Of a stretch of DNA of 64,000 bases, positions 50,051 to 59,656 are shown in pieces. How positions within the stretch are numbered: the stretch's first letter is position 1; each line of letters starts with the position of its first letter. The position numbers and the translations under genes were made by a program. Source of the stretch: Candidatus Bathyarchaeia archaeon (GTDB lineage Archaea > Thermoproteota > Bathyarchaeia > Bathyarchaeales > Bathycorpusculaceae); NCBI GenBank assembly GCA_049516875.1, contig JBEKSS010000009.1:62833-126832 (forward strand), written 5' to 3'. The notes beneath the pieces were generated by a model. That model was not told the DNA's origin and did no database searches. It saw only the letters and a program-made list of their open reading frames with translations.

Positions 50051-50291
50051 AACCAACCAAATTTGACGTGGCGCTGACAAACAATGTAGGTGTGAGAGCT
50101 AATACCTACATTGTTTTAGTGGAGAGCAGAGCATTAGAGCTGTTATCCTCATTTCGTCTGTTGATGTACGTTCGTCGATGGATGTTGCAAAAACCTCCGC
50201 AGTACCAAGAATCTGCATGCAATCATTGAAAACGTTATTCATGAAAAGGCTTTTCAGATACTTAATGGTACTTAGATTTCAGTCTGATAGC

Positions 50292-53200
50292 ATGTCAAAC
50301 ACATCTAGCGTCGATGCAATCCTGACTGAGGCTAACATAAAAGAAAAAGAGTATAATTGGCTAGGCGCGGCTGAGACTTACGCGAAAGGATTGGACTCAA
50401 TATCAGCACAGAACTTCTCAAGCTCAGGCGATCTTCACGAGCGTTTAGGCTATGCCTTTCGCAAAGCAGCGATGCAGGCCGAAGATGTGAACGAGTTCAA
50501 GAACAGTATGAACAAGGCTGCTGTTCACTATGGTAAGGCTCTTGAGGCTTATGAAAGGATCAGTGACTCTGAGACGGCGAACGCCAAAGGTCTTCGATGT
50601 GATGCTGCCAAAGCTTACGTTGAGCATTGGTTGGCGTCTGACAGTTTTGAAAAGAAGAAATGGTTGGATGAATGTTGGAAGCTCGCAACTGGGAGTATGC
50701 GAACATTCGAAAAGGGAGAGGAACGAAGTGAATTTGTGAAAACATACGTCCAACTTTCAGACGCAGCGATTTTTCTGTTTACTCGCGAACCCGATTTCAA
50801 ATCCCGCGAAAAGGTAATACAAGAGGCAGTGGAGTCAGGCGAGAAGGCAATAGAATTCCTCTCAACTTCGGGAGATGCTTGCCAACTTGCGATGGCTTAC
50901 GCGCGAACCGTTGTTTTTCTAGGAGTTTTCAGCTATAACTTCAGAGACATTAATGAAAGGGAGAAATATCGACAGGAAGGCCTCAACTATTGGGGCAAGG
51001 CCAAGCAGCTTTCTGAAGAAATAGCGATGACCGAGTCTGTGTACCCTGTTTTTGGAGGCCAAGTTTTCTTCGGCTTGGAAGGCGCCGACGAAGCGTTTGA
51101 AAACTGTACGAAAGCATTAGAGTACGGCAGAAAGATGAATGACAAGTTCATTATCGGTTGCGCATTAGATTGGCTCGTCTACCACACTGCCTGGAAGCTT
51201 CCGGGAACCGATGATCCAGTTGAGAAAGAACGCGCCATTGAAAGGTGTCTGAAATATGCAGAGGAATCACTGTGCGAGCTCAGCAAGGTGCCCTTCGTAA
51301 GCCCCCGCGGCGATCTTGCCTGGACCAAATCAATTGAAACCATGCGTCTCCTTCTTCAACATGACGTTGAGACTGATCTGAAGAAAAAAAGAGTCTTAGA
51401 TGAAGAGGCTTTCCAGTGGGGTCTGCGCAATCGAAAAATGTGGGAAGAATCTGGTTATCCGGAAATCATGATGAGTTGGTATGGTGGGGCAGCCATGCTT
51501 CGCCAAAGGCTCGCCAAATTCGAAACAGACCCTGCGGATAGAAAAAAAGGTCTTGAAGAAGCCCTCGCTTACATAAATAAAGCCATAGGAATTCAAGAGG
51601 GACTTGTCCCCCTTCAATACTGGAACATTGGTATCTCGCGAAGTTCGTTGGGAAACGTAGAATCTGAACTCGCTGAAGTGACCGAGGACTCGGAGAAAAA
51701 GAAGGCTTTGCTTAGAGCCGCACTGGCCGACAAGCAGAAAGCCATAGAATTGTGCATCAGAGAATTGACGTACATGACGAAGAAAGGCTCGGGAACCTCT
51801 CTCTTCGCAACCGTAGGAGCACTGCAATATGGATATGCACACGCCCTTGTCCGTTTGTACGAGTTAACGGGCGAAAAGGAGCTTTTGAAAAAAGCGGTAC
51901 AGAGTTATGACGCTTCAACCGAATCCTATCAAAAGCTCAGCTTGATGAGTAGAATAGCGGAGAATTGTTGGAGAAGAGCACAAGTATATGACAAGCTTGG
52001 AGAGCATTTGGCAGCCTCTCAGGATTTTGAGTGCGCAGCACGGAGCTACGCTTCGGCATTAGAGAAGTTCCCACAGCTCAAAGCCTTCTACAATGACCAC
52101 GCCCTGTACATGCAGGCTTGGAGCGAAATTGAAAAAGCAAGATTTCACCATCAGAAACAAGAATATAACCTGGCAGAAGAGCATTTTGACAAAGCCGCCG
52201 GTCTTCACAAATCTTTGAAACGATGGAACTATCTCGCACCAAACTATTCCGCTTGGGCAAAGCTTGACGAAGCAGAAGAACTGAGCAGAAAAGAGAACAG
52301 TGAAGAAGCTCTTCAGGCCTTCGAAACAGCTTCTGCGCTTTTGGAGGAAACCAGTAAGTCTCTGGAGAACCAGTTGCCAACGATCGAGGACGCCGAGGAA
52401 AAAGAGATGGCAGCAGAAATGTTGAAGGCTACAGGCCTGAGACATCAATACTGCGCAGCACGAGTCGCAGTTGAAGAAGCCAAGATCTTTGACAAGAAGG
52501 GAGATCACTTGTCAAGCTCCGAGAAGTACAGTTCGGCAGCTGAAATCCTTGAGGGTATACAGGAGGCTGTAGAAACAGAGCGGGACAAAAAGGAGTTCAA
52601 ACTTATCGCAACACTCTCTCAAGCTTGGGCAAAGATGACGTTGGCTGAAGCCGAGGAATCGCCAGGTTTGTACGCGGAAGCATCTCAGCTCTTTGAGAAG
52701 GCCAAAGAACTGAGCCCTAACGAGAAAGCAAAGACGCTAGCTTTAGGACACAGTCGCTTCTGCAGAGCACTTGAAGCTGGAATGGAATTTTCCGACACGG
52801 CGGACGAAAAACTCCACAATATCGCCGTTCAGCAATTGGAAAGCGCTGCAAAATACTACGTGAAAGCTGGCATTCAGAGCGCTTCGGAATATGCCAAAGC
52901 AACCGAGCTGCTTCTAGACGCTTACTCAAACATCAACAACGCAAAGAAAGAAGCTGACCCTGAAAGAAAAACAAAACTGTTTGCGATGGCCCAAAAAATC
53001 CTACAAACTTCCGCGGGCTCTTTCATGAAAGCTGAACATCCAGAAAAGAGAGAGCAGGTTCTGAGACTCCTTGACAAAGTGAAAGAAGAACAAGAATTGG
53101 CTATGTCCCTCAGTGAGGTATTACACACTCCTGCAATTGTCTCTACAACAACCGCATTCAGTACGCCTACTCCGAATCATGAGAATGCAGTGGGTATTGA

Positions 53201-53606
53201 GAAGTTTGAGAACGCCAACATACAGGCAAACATTATTTCCCGCCAAAAACAGCTAAACGTGGGTGAAAATTTGGACTTAGAGATAGAGCTCGTCAATGCA
53301 GGAAAAGGGCCTGCGCTGTTGATCAAAATCACCGAGCTCATTCCGAAAGGCTTCGAATTGGCTGAAAATCCCGAAGCCTACAGAGTGGAGGACAGCTACT
53401 TGAACATGAAGGGAAAACGAGTTGACCCCTTGAAGACCGTAGAAGTGAAGCTTAAGCTCAAGCCGAAAGTTCAAGGCGAGTTCTCACTCAAACCCACGGT
53501 ACTGTATCTCGACGAAAATGGACAGTACAAGTCAAATCAGCCTGAGCCGCTGACTTTAACGGTCACGGAGCTTGGAATCAAGGGCTGGCTCAAAGGAGAA
53601 AGATGA
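50292..53606 (+). CDS. Large TPR-like helical repeat protein with C-terminal Ig-like domain
   Basis: About 1000 aa of Ala-rich helical repeats; C-terminal L.VGE...LEIELVNAGK...PTVLY. Confidence 0.8.
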   Translation: MSNTSSVDAILTEANIKEKEYNWLGAAETYAKGLDSISAQNFSSSGDLHERLGYAFRKAAMQAEDVNEFKNSMNKAAVHYGKALEAYERISDSETANAKGLRCDAAKAYVEHWLASDSFEKKKWLDECWKLATGSMRTFEKGEERSEFVKTYVQLSDAAIFLFTREPDFKSREKVIQEAVESGEKAIEFLSTSGDACQLAMAYARTVVFLGVFSYNFRDINEREKYRQEGLNYWGKAKQLSEEIAMTESVYPVFGGQVFFGLEGADEAFENCTKALEYGRKMNDKFIIGCALDWLVYHTAWKLPGTDDPVEKERAIERCLKYAEESLCELSKVPFVSPRGDLAWTKSIETMRLLLQHDVETDLKKKRVLDEEAFQWGLRNRKMWEESGYPEIMMSWYGGAAMLRQRLAKFETDPADRKKGLEEALAYINKAIGIQEGLVPLQYWNIGISRSSLGNVESELAEVTEDSEKKKALLRAALADKQKAIELCIRELTYMTKKGSGTSLFATVGALQYGYAHALVRLYELTGEKELLKKAVQSYDASTESYQKLSLMSRIAENCWRRAQVYDKLGEHLAASQDFECAARSYASALEKFPQLKAFYNDHALYMQAWSEIEKARFHHQKQEYNLAEEHFDKAAGLHKSLKRWNYLAPNYSAWAKLDEAEELSRKENSEEALQAFETASALLEETSKSLENQLPTIEDAEEKEMAAEMLKATGLRHQYCAARVAVEEAKIFDKKGDHLSSSEKYSSAAEILEGIQEAVETERDKKEFKLIATLSQAWAKMTLAEAEESPGLYAEASQLFEKAKELSPNEKAKTLALGHSRFCRALEAGMEFSDTADEKLHNIAVQQLESAAKYYVKAGIQSASEYAKATELLLDAYSNINNAKKEADPERKTKLFAMAQKILQTSAGSFMKAEHPEKREQVLRLLDKVKEEQELAMSLSEVLHTPAIVSTTTAFSTPTPNHENAVGIEKFENANIQANIISRQKQLNVGENLDLEIELVNAGKGPALLIKITELIPKGFELAENPEAYRVEDSYLNMKGKRVDPLKTVEVKLKLKPKVQGEFSLKPTVLYLDENGQYKSNQPEPLTLTVTELGIKGWLKGER

Positions 53607-53742
53607 CCGAAAACTAGTTTTGCGGAATCTGAGGGCGCGCTATTCCTTCACACTCTGCGATCGCGCTAAGCGCGCGCGTGATAAACAACACTTTTAAGTT
53701 ATTTGATGCTAATTAAGAAAGCAATTCCGAGTTGTTGAAACC

Positions 53743-54243
53743 ATGAAAATGAGAATGATAAAACTACGCCCTGAATTCCTCATAGAAACATTGCAGGGAA
53801 AAGCATCTTTCACTTCCAACCTGCCAGACAATATTGAACTATTAGATATTAAGTACGACTTTTTTTCCAAGCAAGTATCAGCAATCATAAGAAGCGACAG
53901 TTTTGAAGACGTTGTAGAATCCTATCCACCTCCAGAATTCAATGTCATCTATACGACAAACCCCAAAGCCGAATCTCAGCCCACAACAAACTCCAAACCT
54001 GAATTTAAGCCCACAGAGAAAACGCCGGTTCAGCCAAGTCAAGACACAAGCGCAATAGAAAAAGAATTCAGCCCAGAGCAGCGCAATTTGCTGAGTTTCA
54101 CAGTAGACGGAGAATACGTCACAATAAAGCCAAACCAATACTTGAAGAATGAGTGGGATGAAATTAACGATACTGTGAGAAGTTTAGGTGGTAAATGGAC
54201 GAAAGGCGACAACTTCAGCTATTGGGCAATTCGACGAACTTAG
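53743..54243 (+). CDS. Hypothetical protein
   Basis: 166-aa ORF with upstream TATA-like element; C-terminal LGGKW....SYW domain. Confidence 0.65.
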   Translation: MKMRMIKLRPEFLIETLQGKASFTSNLPDNIELLDIKYDFFSKQVSAIIRSDSFEDVVESYPPPEFNVIYTTNPKAESQPTTNSKPEFKPTEKTPVQPSQDTSAIEKEFSPEQRNLLSFTVDGEYVTIKPNQYLKNEWDEINDTVRSLGGKWTKGDNFSYWAIRRT

Positions 54244-54615
54244 CAAGCATAAAGCAAAGTACACAAGACTAGTTTCTTCAGCTGACCAACTAGCCTTTTT
54301 TTCATCATTCATAGAACTTACGAGATATCCTTTTACCCCTCTCAACGCAACCGCAACTATTTTTTATCTTTCGAATGTTTTGCTGGAAGCGAAACCTGCT
54401 TTTTCTCTTTTCTTTTCAGTTCTTTCTCTCGCTGTAATTTTTTATGCTGCTCTAAACCTGCAGCTTTCTTTTCTTTTCTTGACAAAAGCTCATCAACCTT
54501 AGCAGGCAATAGAAGCATTACGTTACTTCCTGCTATGGCCTGAACCCACTATTCAGCCCTGAAAGTAACTGTTTTTTCCACCACAGCTCCCGTCGTCGTC
54601 AAGGTTGGTTGGTTT

Positions 54616-54636
54616 GGATATAACTTTACCCCCCCC
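54616..54636 (+). repeat. Family B palindromic core adjoining the left end of the Cas1 element
   Basis: GGTTGGTTTGGATATAACTTTACCCCCCCCAA. Confidence 0.7.
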
Positions 54637-54712
54637 AAGAAAACCTGAGCTTGATTCGTGGAGCTCTGAGCTTGGGGGTGACGCGTGCTCGCGATAGAAG
54701 AGCAGAAGTCAG

Positions 54713-54848
54713 CTTGGTATGCGAGCACGCTGTTTCTGCTCGTGGTAACATCTATAGTGCAACTGGTACGTAGTAGTACCGTAAGAACGCTAAGAACGGT
54801 AAGTACGTATATAGGGTACTGCCGAAGGCTAGCTGAAGGCTGAAAAGA
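54713..54848 (+). repeat. Left terminal inverted repeat (visible matched part)
   Basis: 54713-54752 is the exact reverse complement of 63961-64000; 54751-54778 is the exact reverse complement of 63879-63906; TAAGAAC tandem units and AGGCTGAAAAGA are shared further inward. Confidence 0.92.
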
Positions 54849-54860
54849 AGGGTGAAGTGG

Positions 54861-55067
54861 CTAGTCTTTTCTTACGATAAATATGACAAGAACAACGTAC
54901 ATGGCAATGAACAAACCTAAGACTATAGTGCCGCCAAGTGCTTGGTCTTGAGGAATTCCTTTTGGATAAATATAGGCTTCGTAGCAATCCGTCCAGTAGT
55001 TGCCTAAAATACCTAACACCACACCCAACGAGAAAAGCAAGATTTCTTTTAGGCTGTTTTTAGGCAT
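54861..55067 (-). CDS. Small two-TM membrane protein
   Basis: 68 aa with two hydrophobic helices; inside the element. Confidence 0.55.
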   Translation of the reverse strand: MPKNSLKEILLFSLGVVLGILGNYWTDCYEAYIYPKGIPQDQALGGTIVLGLFIAMYVVLVIFIVRKD

Positions 55068-55249
55068 ATTGAGTCAGGAGAACCTAATGCTGAATTACGT
55101 ATTATCTCTTACTATTGAAACGCAAGATGAGAAAAACAAAGGTCTAATATTTTTCTATTTCTAGTCATAATTCAGAAACGGAGCCTTCCTAAGGCACGGA
55201 ATAAGGTTAAAGTAGTCCAATAGCCTTTATTAGCTAGGAGGAGGCTAGA

Positions 55250-56275
55250 ATGAAGAGTAAAACCACGAAGATAGCCCTAGAAGGCTTCGGATCGTACTTG
55301 GGAATGCAAAGAGGCTCTTTCGTAGTCCGAGACAAGGACGGAAAAGAAGAGAGGTATCCATTGTTTGAGAGTGAGATAGGAGAAGTGCGTATCAGGAGCG
55401 GTAATACCGTAAGTGCAGGAGCGTTAGCAAGTATCGGGTTCTGGCAGATAGATTGTCTGCTCCTGAGCGGTAGAGGTCGTCCGATAGCGATCCTCAGGTC
55501 TCTAGATGACGACAGTCACGTTTCGACTAGAATAGCCCAGTACGAGTCCTTAAAGAACGGCAAGTTTTCGGATATAGCCAAGCAATTCGTCTTATCAAAA
55601 ATAGAAGGACAGAATGAGCTTCTGAAGAAGTACGGTCTTAGACGATTAGACTATTCTCACATCGAGAAGATCAAGAGTATTCAGGAGAGCGATATTCGAG
55701 CGTTAAGAGTCAAGCTTACAAATATAGAAAGCCATTGTTCAAGGCTCTATTTCAACCAAGTGTTCGGAATGTTCTCAGAGTTGTTGAGACCTAGCGGTAG
55801 AAAAGCATTCAAAGCCTACGATGGAATAAACAACCTCTTCAACTTGGCATACGAGGTTCTCTCTTGGAAGGTTCATCTTGCTCTCCTTAAAGCGAGACTA
55901 GAACCATTTCTAGGCTACTTGCACAGTCTGGCTTGGAGTAAGCCTTCTCTTGTGTGCGATTTCAAAGAGCTTTATCGGTACTTGATGGACGACTTCGTTA
56001 TCCAGTACGCTAAGAAACTGGGGCCCAGAGACTTTATCTTGAAGACAGAAGAATATGCGAACCGCAAGGGAAAGCGAGAATACATCAACGACCTTAAGAC
56101 TAGAGGCTTTATGAAAATGCTTGATGACTGCTTTCTTTCTGAAGTTGAGGTTCCTAGAGTTAGAATAGGCAAGAAACAAGAACTGGAGACGCTGATAAAC
56201 GAAGAGGCTCTGCTGTTCGCTAGCTATCTGAGGAATGAAAAACAGACGTGGATTCCTCGGACAGTGGAACTATGA
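55250..56275 (+). CDS. cas1: Solo Cas1 integrase (putative casposase)
   Basis: G.YLG, TRIAQY, SKIEGQ, IESHCSRLYF (Glu), NNLFNLAY, PFLGYLH (His), SLVCDFKELYR (Asp/Glu); GGAGG RBS; no cas2 or array nearby. Confidence 0.92.
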   Translation: MKSKTTKIALEGFGSYLGMQRGSFVVRDKDGKEERYPLFESEIGEVRIRSGNTVSAGALASIGFWQIDCLLLSGRGRPIAILRSLDDDSHVSTRIAQYESLKNGKFSDIAKQFVLSKIEGQNELLKKYGLRRLDYSHIEKIKSIQESDIRALRVKLTNIESHCSRLYFNQVFGMFSELLRPSGRKAFKAYDGINNLFNLAYEVLSWKVHLALLKARLEPFLGYLHSLAWSKPSLVCDFKELYRYLMDDFVIQYAKKLGPRDFILKTEEYANRKGKREYINDLKTRGFMKMLDDCFLSEVEVPRVRIGKKQELETLINEEALLFASYLRNEKQTWIPRTVEL

Positions 56276-56613
56276 GGCTAGTTCCTTCCAGAAAAGTCTG
56301 TGAGAAGTTCTGGATTACCTACGACTTTAAAGGTTGCCAGAAGGCTGTAGACTTTCTAACTCGGCACTACGGAATAAGAAGGATGAAGATCGTACTAGAC
56401 GGCAAGAAAGTGCACAAGAAGAGTTGGTTAGCCTGTTACTACTACGACCAGCATACCGCTTACTTTAAGAAGAGAGGCTTGACCAAACGTTACGTTCTGC
56501 ATGAACTTTACCATCACATCGTAAACGCGAAAGGTCTTGAAACATCTTCAAGAGAAGAAGAAAAACAAGCTAGCGCGTATTCTTGCAATTTTGCAAGAAA
56601 GGCTAGAGGCTAA
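56272..56613 (+). CDS. Small zincin-like (HExxH) metallopeptidase, translationally coupled to cas1
   Basis: VLHELYHH...EEEKQA; ATGA overlap with the cas1 stop. Confidence 0.7.
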   Translation: MRLVPSRKVCEKFWITYDFKGCQKAVDFLTRHYGIRRMKIVLDGKKVHKKSWLACYYYDQHTAYFKKRGLTKRYVLHELYHHIVNAKGLETSSREEEKQASAYSCNFARKARG

Positions 56614-56712
56614 GGAGAACAAGAATTAGAGACGCTGATAAACGAGCGCGCGCGCACGCTTTCTGGAAAATTTTAAATTGAGTTTCGCACCTAATGGGAA
56701 GTGGGTGGAAGT

Positions 56713-57195
56713 ATGGTCGAGTTGCCCAACTGGGAGAAAATAGTCGTGCCTCAACGTCATGGCACAGGATGCGTGCCAACTGGTTATGAATGGATGTTGC
56801 GGTATTTAGGCACCAAAGGCGTAAACTTCGATACTTTTCAGGAGGATTTCGACCTTCAATACTCTGGCGAAGGTAAGAACAATTTTCAAGATGTGGCACG
56901 AAAGGTGAAAACAACATATCCCGATGTTAACATCAGTATCAAATCCTTCGATATTGGCAAGGAGAAGCTCGAATTTATTGCCACCTTAGTCAGCAATGCT
57001 GTTCCTTGTTTGTTATCAGTGGCAAAAACACCAGTGGGAGGAGACTGGCATATTGTTCCAGTCGTCTCAATCGATGACACATCGGTCAAGGTTATTTGGA
57101 CAGGCAATCAAACTACGATGTTTGCGAAAACCGAAATAATCCATCGGCACGACAATTGGCCAGGCGGAAAAGATATCGCTTGGATTGAACGATGA
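56713..57195 (+). CDS. Papain-fold (C39-like) cysteine peptidase
   Basis: PQ.....C motif (QRHGTGC) and WHIVPVV.ID. Confidence 0.6.
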   Translation: MVELPNWEKIVVPQRHGTGCVPTGYEWMLRYLGTKGVNFDTFQEDFDLQYSGEGKNNFQDVARKVKTTYPDVNISIKSFDIGKEKLEFIATLVSNAVPCLLSVAKTPVGGDWHIVPVVSIDDTSVKVIWTGNQTTMFAKTEIIHRHDNWPGGKDIAWIER

Positions 57196-57252
57196 GATGC
57201 GAAACAAAAAAAGAGAGCGCGCGCGCCATATCTCTCTCGCGCGCTTCTTATT

Positions 57253-57942
57253 TCACCCTTTCTTGCTCATTATTTGCTTGTAAAGCTCTTTTGTAATTAT
57301 CCCGTTTTCGTAAGCCAGTTTGGCGTTCTCAGGAAGATGTTCCGAAAATGCCTTTGACAGGTTTTCAAGTACAGGAATCACGGAATCTTGAGCTTGTTTC
57401 AATATTTTTTTAGGGACATCTACGATAGTTCGACACACAGGCTCTATTTTCTTTTTATACCCTTCAGCGTATTCGAGCCAGTACTTGGCATCCTTACGCT
57501 TCATGTCAGATGGAGACAACCATCTTCCCTTTCGATAGTCAACATATAGACCTTGCAGTCTTAGGTTCCATATCTCTCCAGCAAGGGAATCGACATCTCT
57601 CTCCATTTCCTCGAAGTCTTTGACATCTAGAGGTCTATCGGGTTTCTGAGGTCCTTTTTCTATTGCCCTTCCAATGAACTCCATAATCTGCACACCCATA
57701 AACGCGTCAAGCTTTGCGCTATGCTGATTCACACGGTTAAGCTCGTCAGGTTTCGAAGACTCGATTCTGGACAGAGCATACATGAAGGCTTTGCTTGTTT
57801 CCTCAATTGCAGAATAAGCTAGGAATACTGAGTGCCCATAACTCCTTCGACGAAACAATATTTCGGCATCTTCGATAAGCTTATTGACGTTATCAAAACA
57901 CAACTCTACTCCTTTCTTCAACTTACTCTTAGGGACTTCCAT
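57253..57942 (-). CDS. abiV: AbiV-family (HEPN) abortive infection protein
   Basis: N...LIEDAEIL....SYG.S.FLA..AIEE..K, H..K, R..GLYVD......SP. Confidence 0.8.
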   Translation of the reverse strand: MEVPKSKLKKGVELCFDNVNKLIEDAEILFRRRSYGHSVFLAYSAIEETSKAFMYALSRIESSKPDELNRVNQHSAKLDAFMGVQIMEFIGRAIEKGPQKPDRPLDVKDFEEMERDVDSLAGEIWNLRLQGLYVDYRKGRWLSPSDMKRKDAKYWLEYAEGYKKKIEPVCRTIVDVPKKILKQAQDSVIPVLENLSKAFSEHLPENAKLAYENGIITKELYKQIMSKKG

Positions 57943-58141
57943 AGCGATTATTCCCCGAAGTTATTGGTGAAACTATCCATAAAAGACTTCGCGCGCTGAG
58001 GACTATTGTCTGAGAAAAGACCGTGAAAGACAAAGGACCAGATTCACTTTAACCTCAGACTCTCTCTATTCCTCTGGAATGTTGTATTGACAAACTCTTT
58101 TTAACCTTTCATAACAGCCGCCTATTTTGTGGCGAACAAGA

Positions 58142-58327
58142 ATGGCGAACCCTTTGTCCGATTGTTGCTTGACAAGACTCTGTGACATGTGCGGCAAATA
58201 CATTCAGGGAGCAAACTACCATTGCCCAAAATGCGATATTTGCATTTGCTTCGGTTGTGGAGTGAGAATGCAGAGCAAAGAGAATTATCCGCTTAAATGC
58301 CCAATGTGCGACGAGAAACTTCAATAG
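58142..58327 (+). CDS. Small Cys-rich zinc-finger protein
   Basis: CDMC, CPKC, CFGC, CPMC. Confidence 0.65.
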   Translation: MANPLSDCCLTRLCDMCGKYIQGANYHCPKCDICICFGCGVRMQSKENYPLKCPMCDEKLQ

Positions 58328-58359
58328 CGCGCGCTTGGAGACTGGCTGTTCACATCCGT

Positions 58360-59388
58360 TTAACCTTTGCGTGGAAAGAGGTAAGCCACGACCGCAACTA
58401 CAACACTCACAATCAAGGCAATGTCTTTCCAGTGTTCGTCTAGGAATTTCCTTGCGGATTTCTTGGAGGGCAATGCGATTGCTTGGCGGTAGAAACTTCT
58501 CTTGGACTCTTGAATGGACTCATCTATGAGGGGTCTGTTCTCTGTGGTGGCAACTTCAAGGCCAGTGCTGGCTACAAACCACTTCAGCAAAGTCTCGCCA
58601 ATTGTCTTGATTTCCTTAGGATCCGGTCTCATTGGAATATCATTTACTACCGAATGCATGACCAAGACTCCATCTGTTCTACCATCTGCTGGTCGGAGGA
58701 GGAATTGCAGGACAGATTTCTTGTTTCCGTAGGTTTTGACAAAGTATAGGCTATTTGACGTTTTTCTGCTTAGTGTTAGGTTAAAATCTTCTTCGAGCTT
58801 CTTCAGTTGCTCCATTACTATGTTCACATCAGCATTTGCAGTAAAACTCATCGCAGAACCGTTCAGCACAAGTCGGTACCCACACTTTTTGACAATTGGA
58901 ATAGCGAGGGCAACAGAAAATGCGACAAGGAAGCCTAAGAAAACTGAAACTCCTAGTGCGGAGCTTATCCTCTCATTGCTTTGATAAGTTGTAAATGCTG
59001 TGTGCGTTGGGTCGAAGTAAAGAATCATGGTTTCAAAGAACATGAAAGAAAAAACGTAAATGCGCAAGCCATCGATTGTAAAGCGCGGGGCTCTAATCCA
59101 CAAAGCTGGAGGAAAAGCGGAGATGAGCGGAATGACAAAAAGCGTAGATATGCCAGTTTCTCCAAAGGACAGCGAAGTTGAGCTGAAGATGTATGCAAGG
59201 AAATAAATTAGGCACGCAATCGCCAGTCCATATGCTAAGCCAAAACTGATAGAAAATAAGCGATGGTGCGAGAAAAGCCAGTTTGACTTTTGCAATTGCA
59301 GTTTTTCCTCTAGATTAATTTTCTCTTCTTTAAGAATCTTCACTTCCTCTTTGATGCTGTCCATGTCGTCTTTATTCTTATCTTTCAA
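58360..59388 (-). CDS. Membrane protein (coiled coil + about 4 TM + soluble domain + C-terminal TM)
   Basis: Hydrophobicity pattern; long ORF. Confidence 0.7.
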   Translation of the reverse strand: MKDKNKDDMDSIKEEVKILKEEKINLEEKLQLQKSNWLFSHHRLFSISFGLAYGLAIACLIYFLAYIFSSTSLSFGETGISTLFVIPLISAFPPALWIRAPRFTIDGLRIYVFSFMFFETMILYFDPTHTAFTTYQSNERISSALGVSVFLGFLVAFSVALAIPIVKKCGYRLVLNGSAMSFTANADVNIVMEQLKKLEEDFNLTLSRKTSNSLYFVKTYGNKKSVLQFLLRPADGRTDGVLVMHSVVNDIPMRPDPKEIKTIGETLLKWFVASTGLEVATTENRPLIDESIQESKRSFYRQAIALPSKKSARKFLDEHWKDIALIVSVVVAVVAYLFPRKG

Positions 59389-59545
59389 ATTTTATCACTT
59401 CTGATTCTTGTTTCTGTCAGGAACGATACTATCTTGCTGGAATTGCGCTGAATAAACCTATTTTGCAAACGCCCTTCATATCTGTAGTTTGAATCTTGCT
59501 TATTTAGACTTGTGCTGGCACATGCTGAATAATTGCTAGCGCGCG

Positions 59546-59656
59546 CTTATTCGAATCCAAAAGCGTCGATTAATGTGACGGTCGGGAGAAAGTTATCGGC
59601 ATACCAGCCGTCGTTAAGGCTCTTGGTCGTGCCAAGGGTGATATTGCCGAAGTCCA
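59546..59656 (-). pseudogene. Start-less 3' gene fragment between two GCGCGCGC sites
   Basis: Reads LDFGNITLGTTKSLNDGWYADNFLPTVTLIDAFGFE*. Confidence 0.4.

Noticed and set aside
24038-54636. Family B cores as Xer/dif sites
   Set aside because: The TAA...TTA spacing is 4 bp rather than the 6 bp of dif sites, and no tyrosine recombinase is present.
54645-54674. CTGAGCTTG direct repeat as the element's target-site duplication
   Set aside because: Both copies are on the left side; a TSD needs the right flank, which is outside the window.
54300-57000. CRISPR array or cas operon around cas1
   Set aside because: No regularly spaced direct repeats with unique spacers, and no cas2, cas4 or effector genes anywhere in the window.
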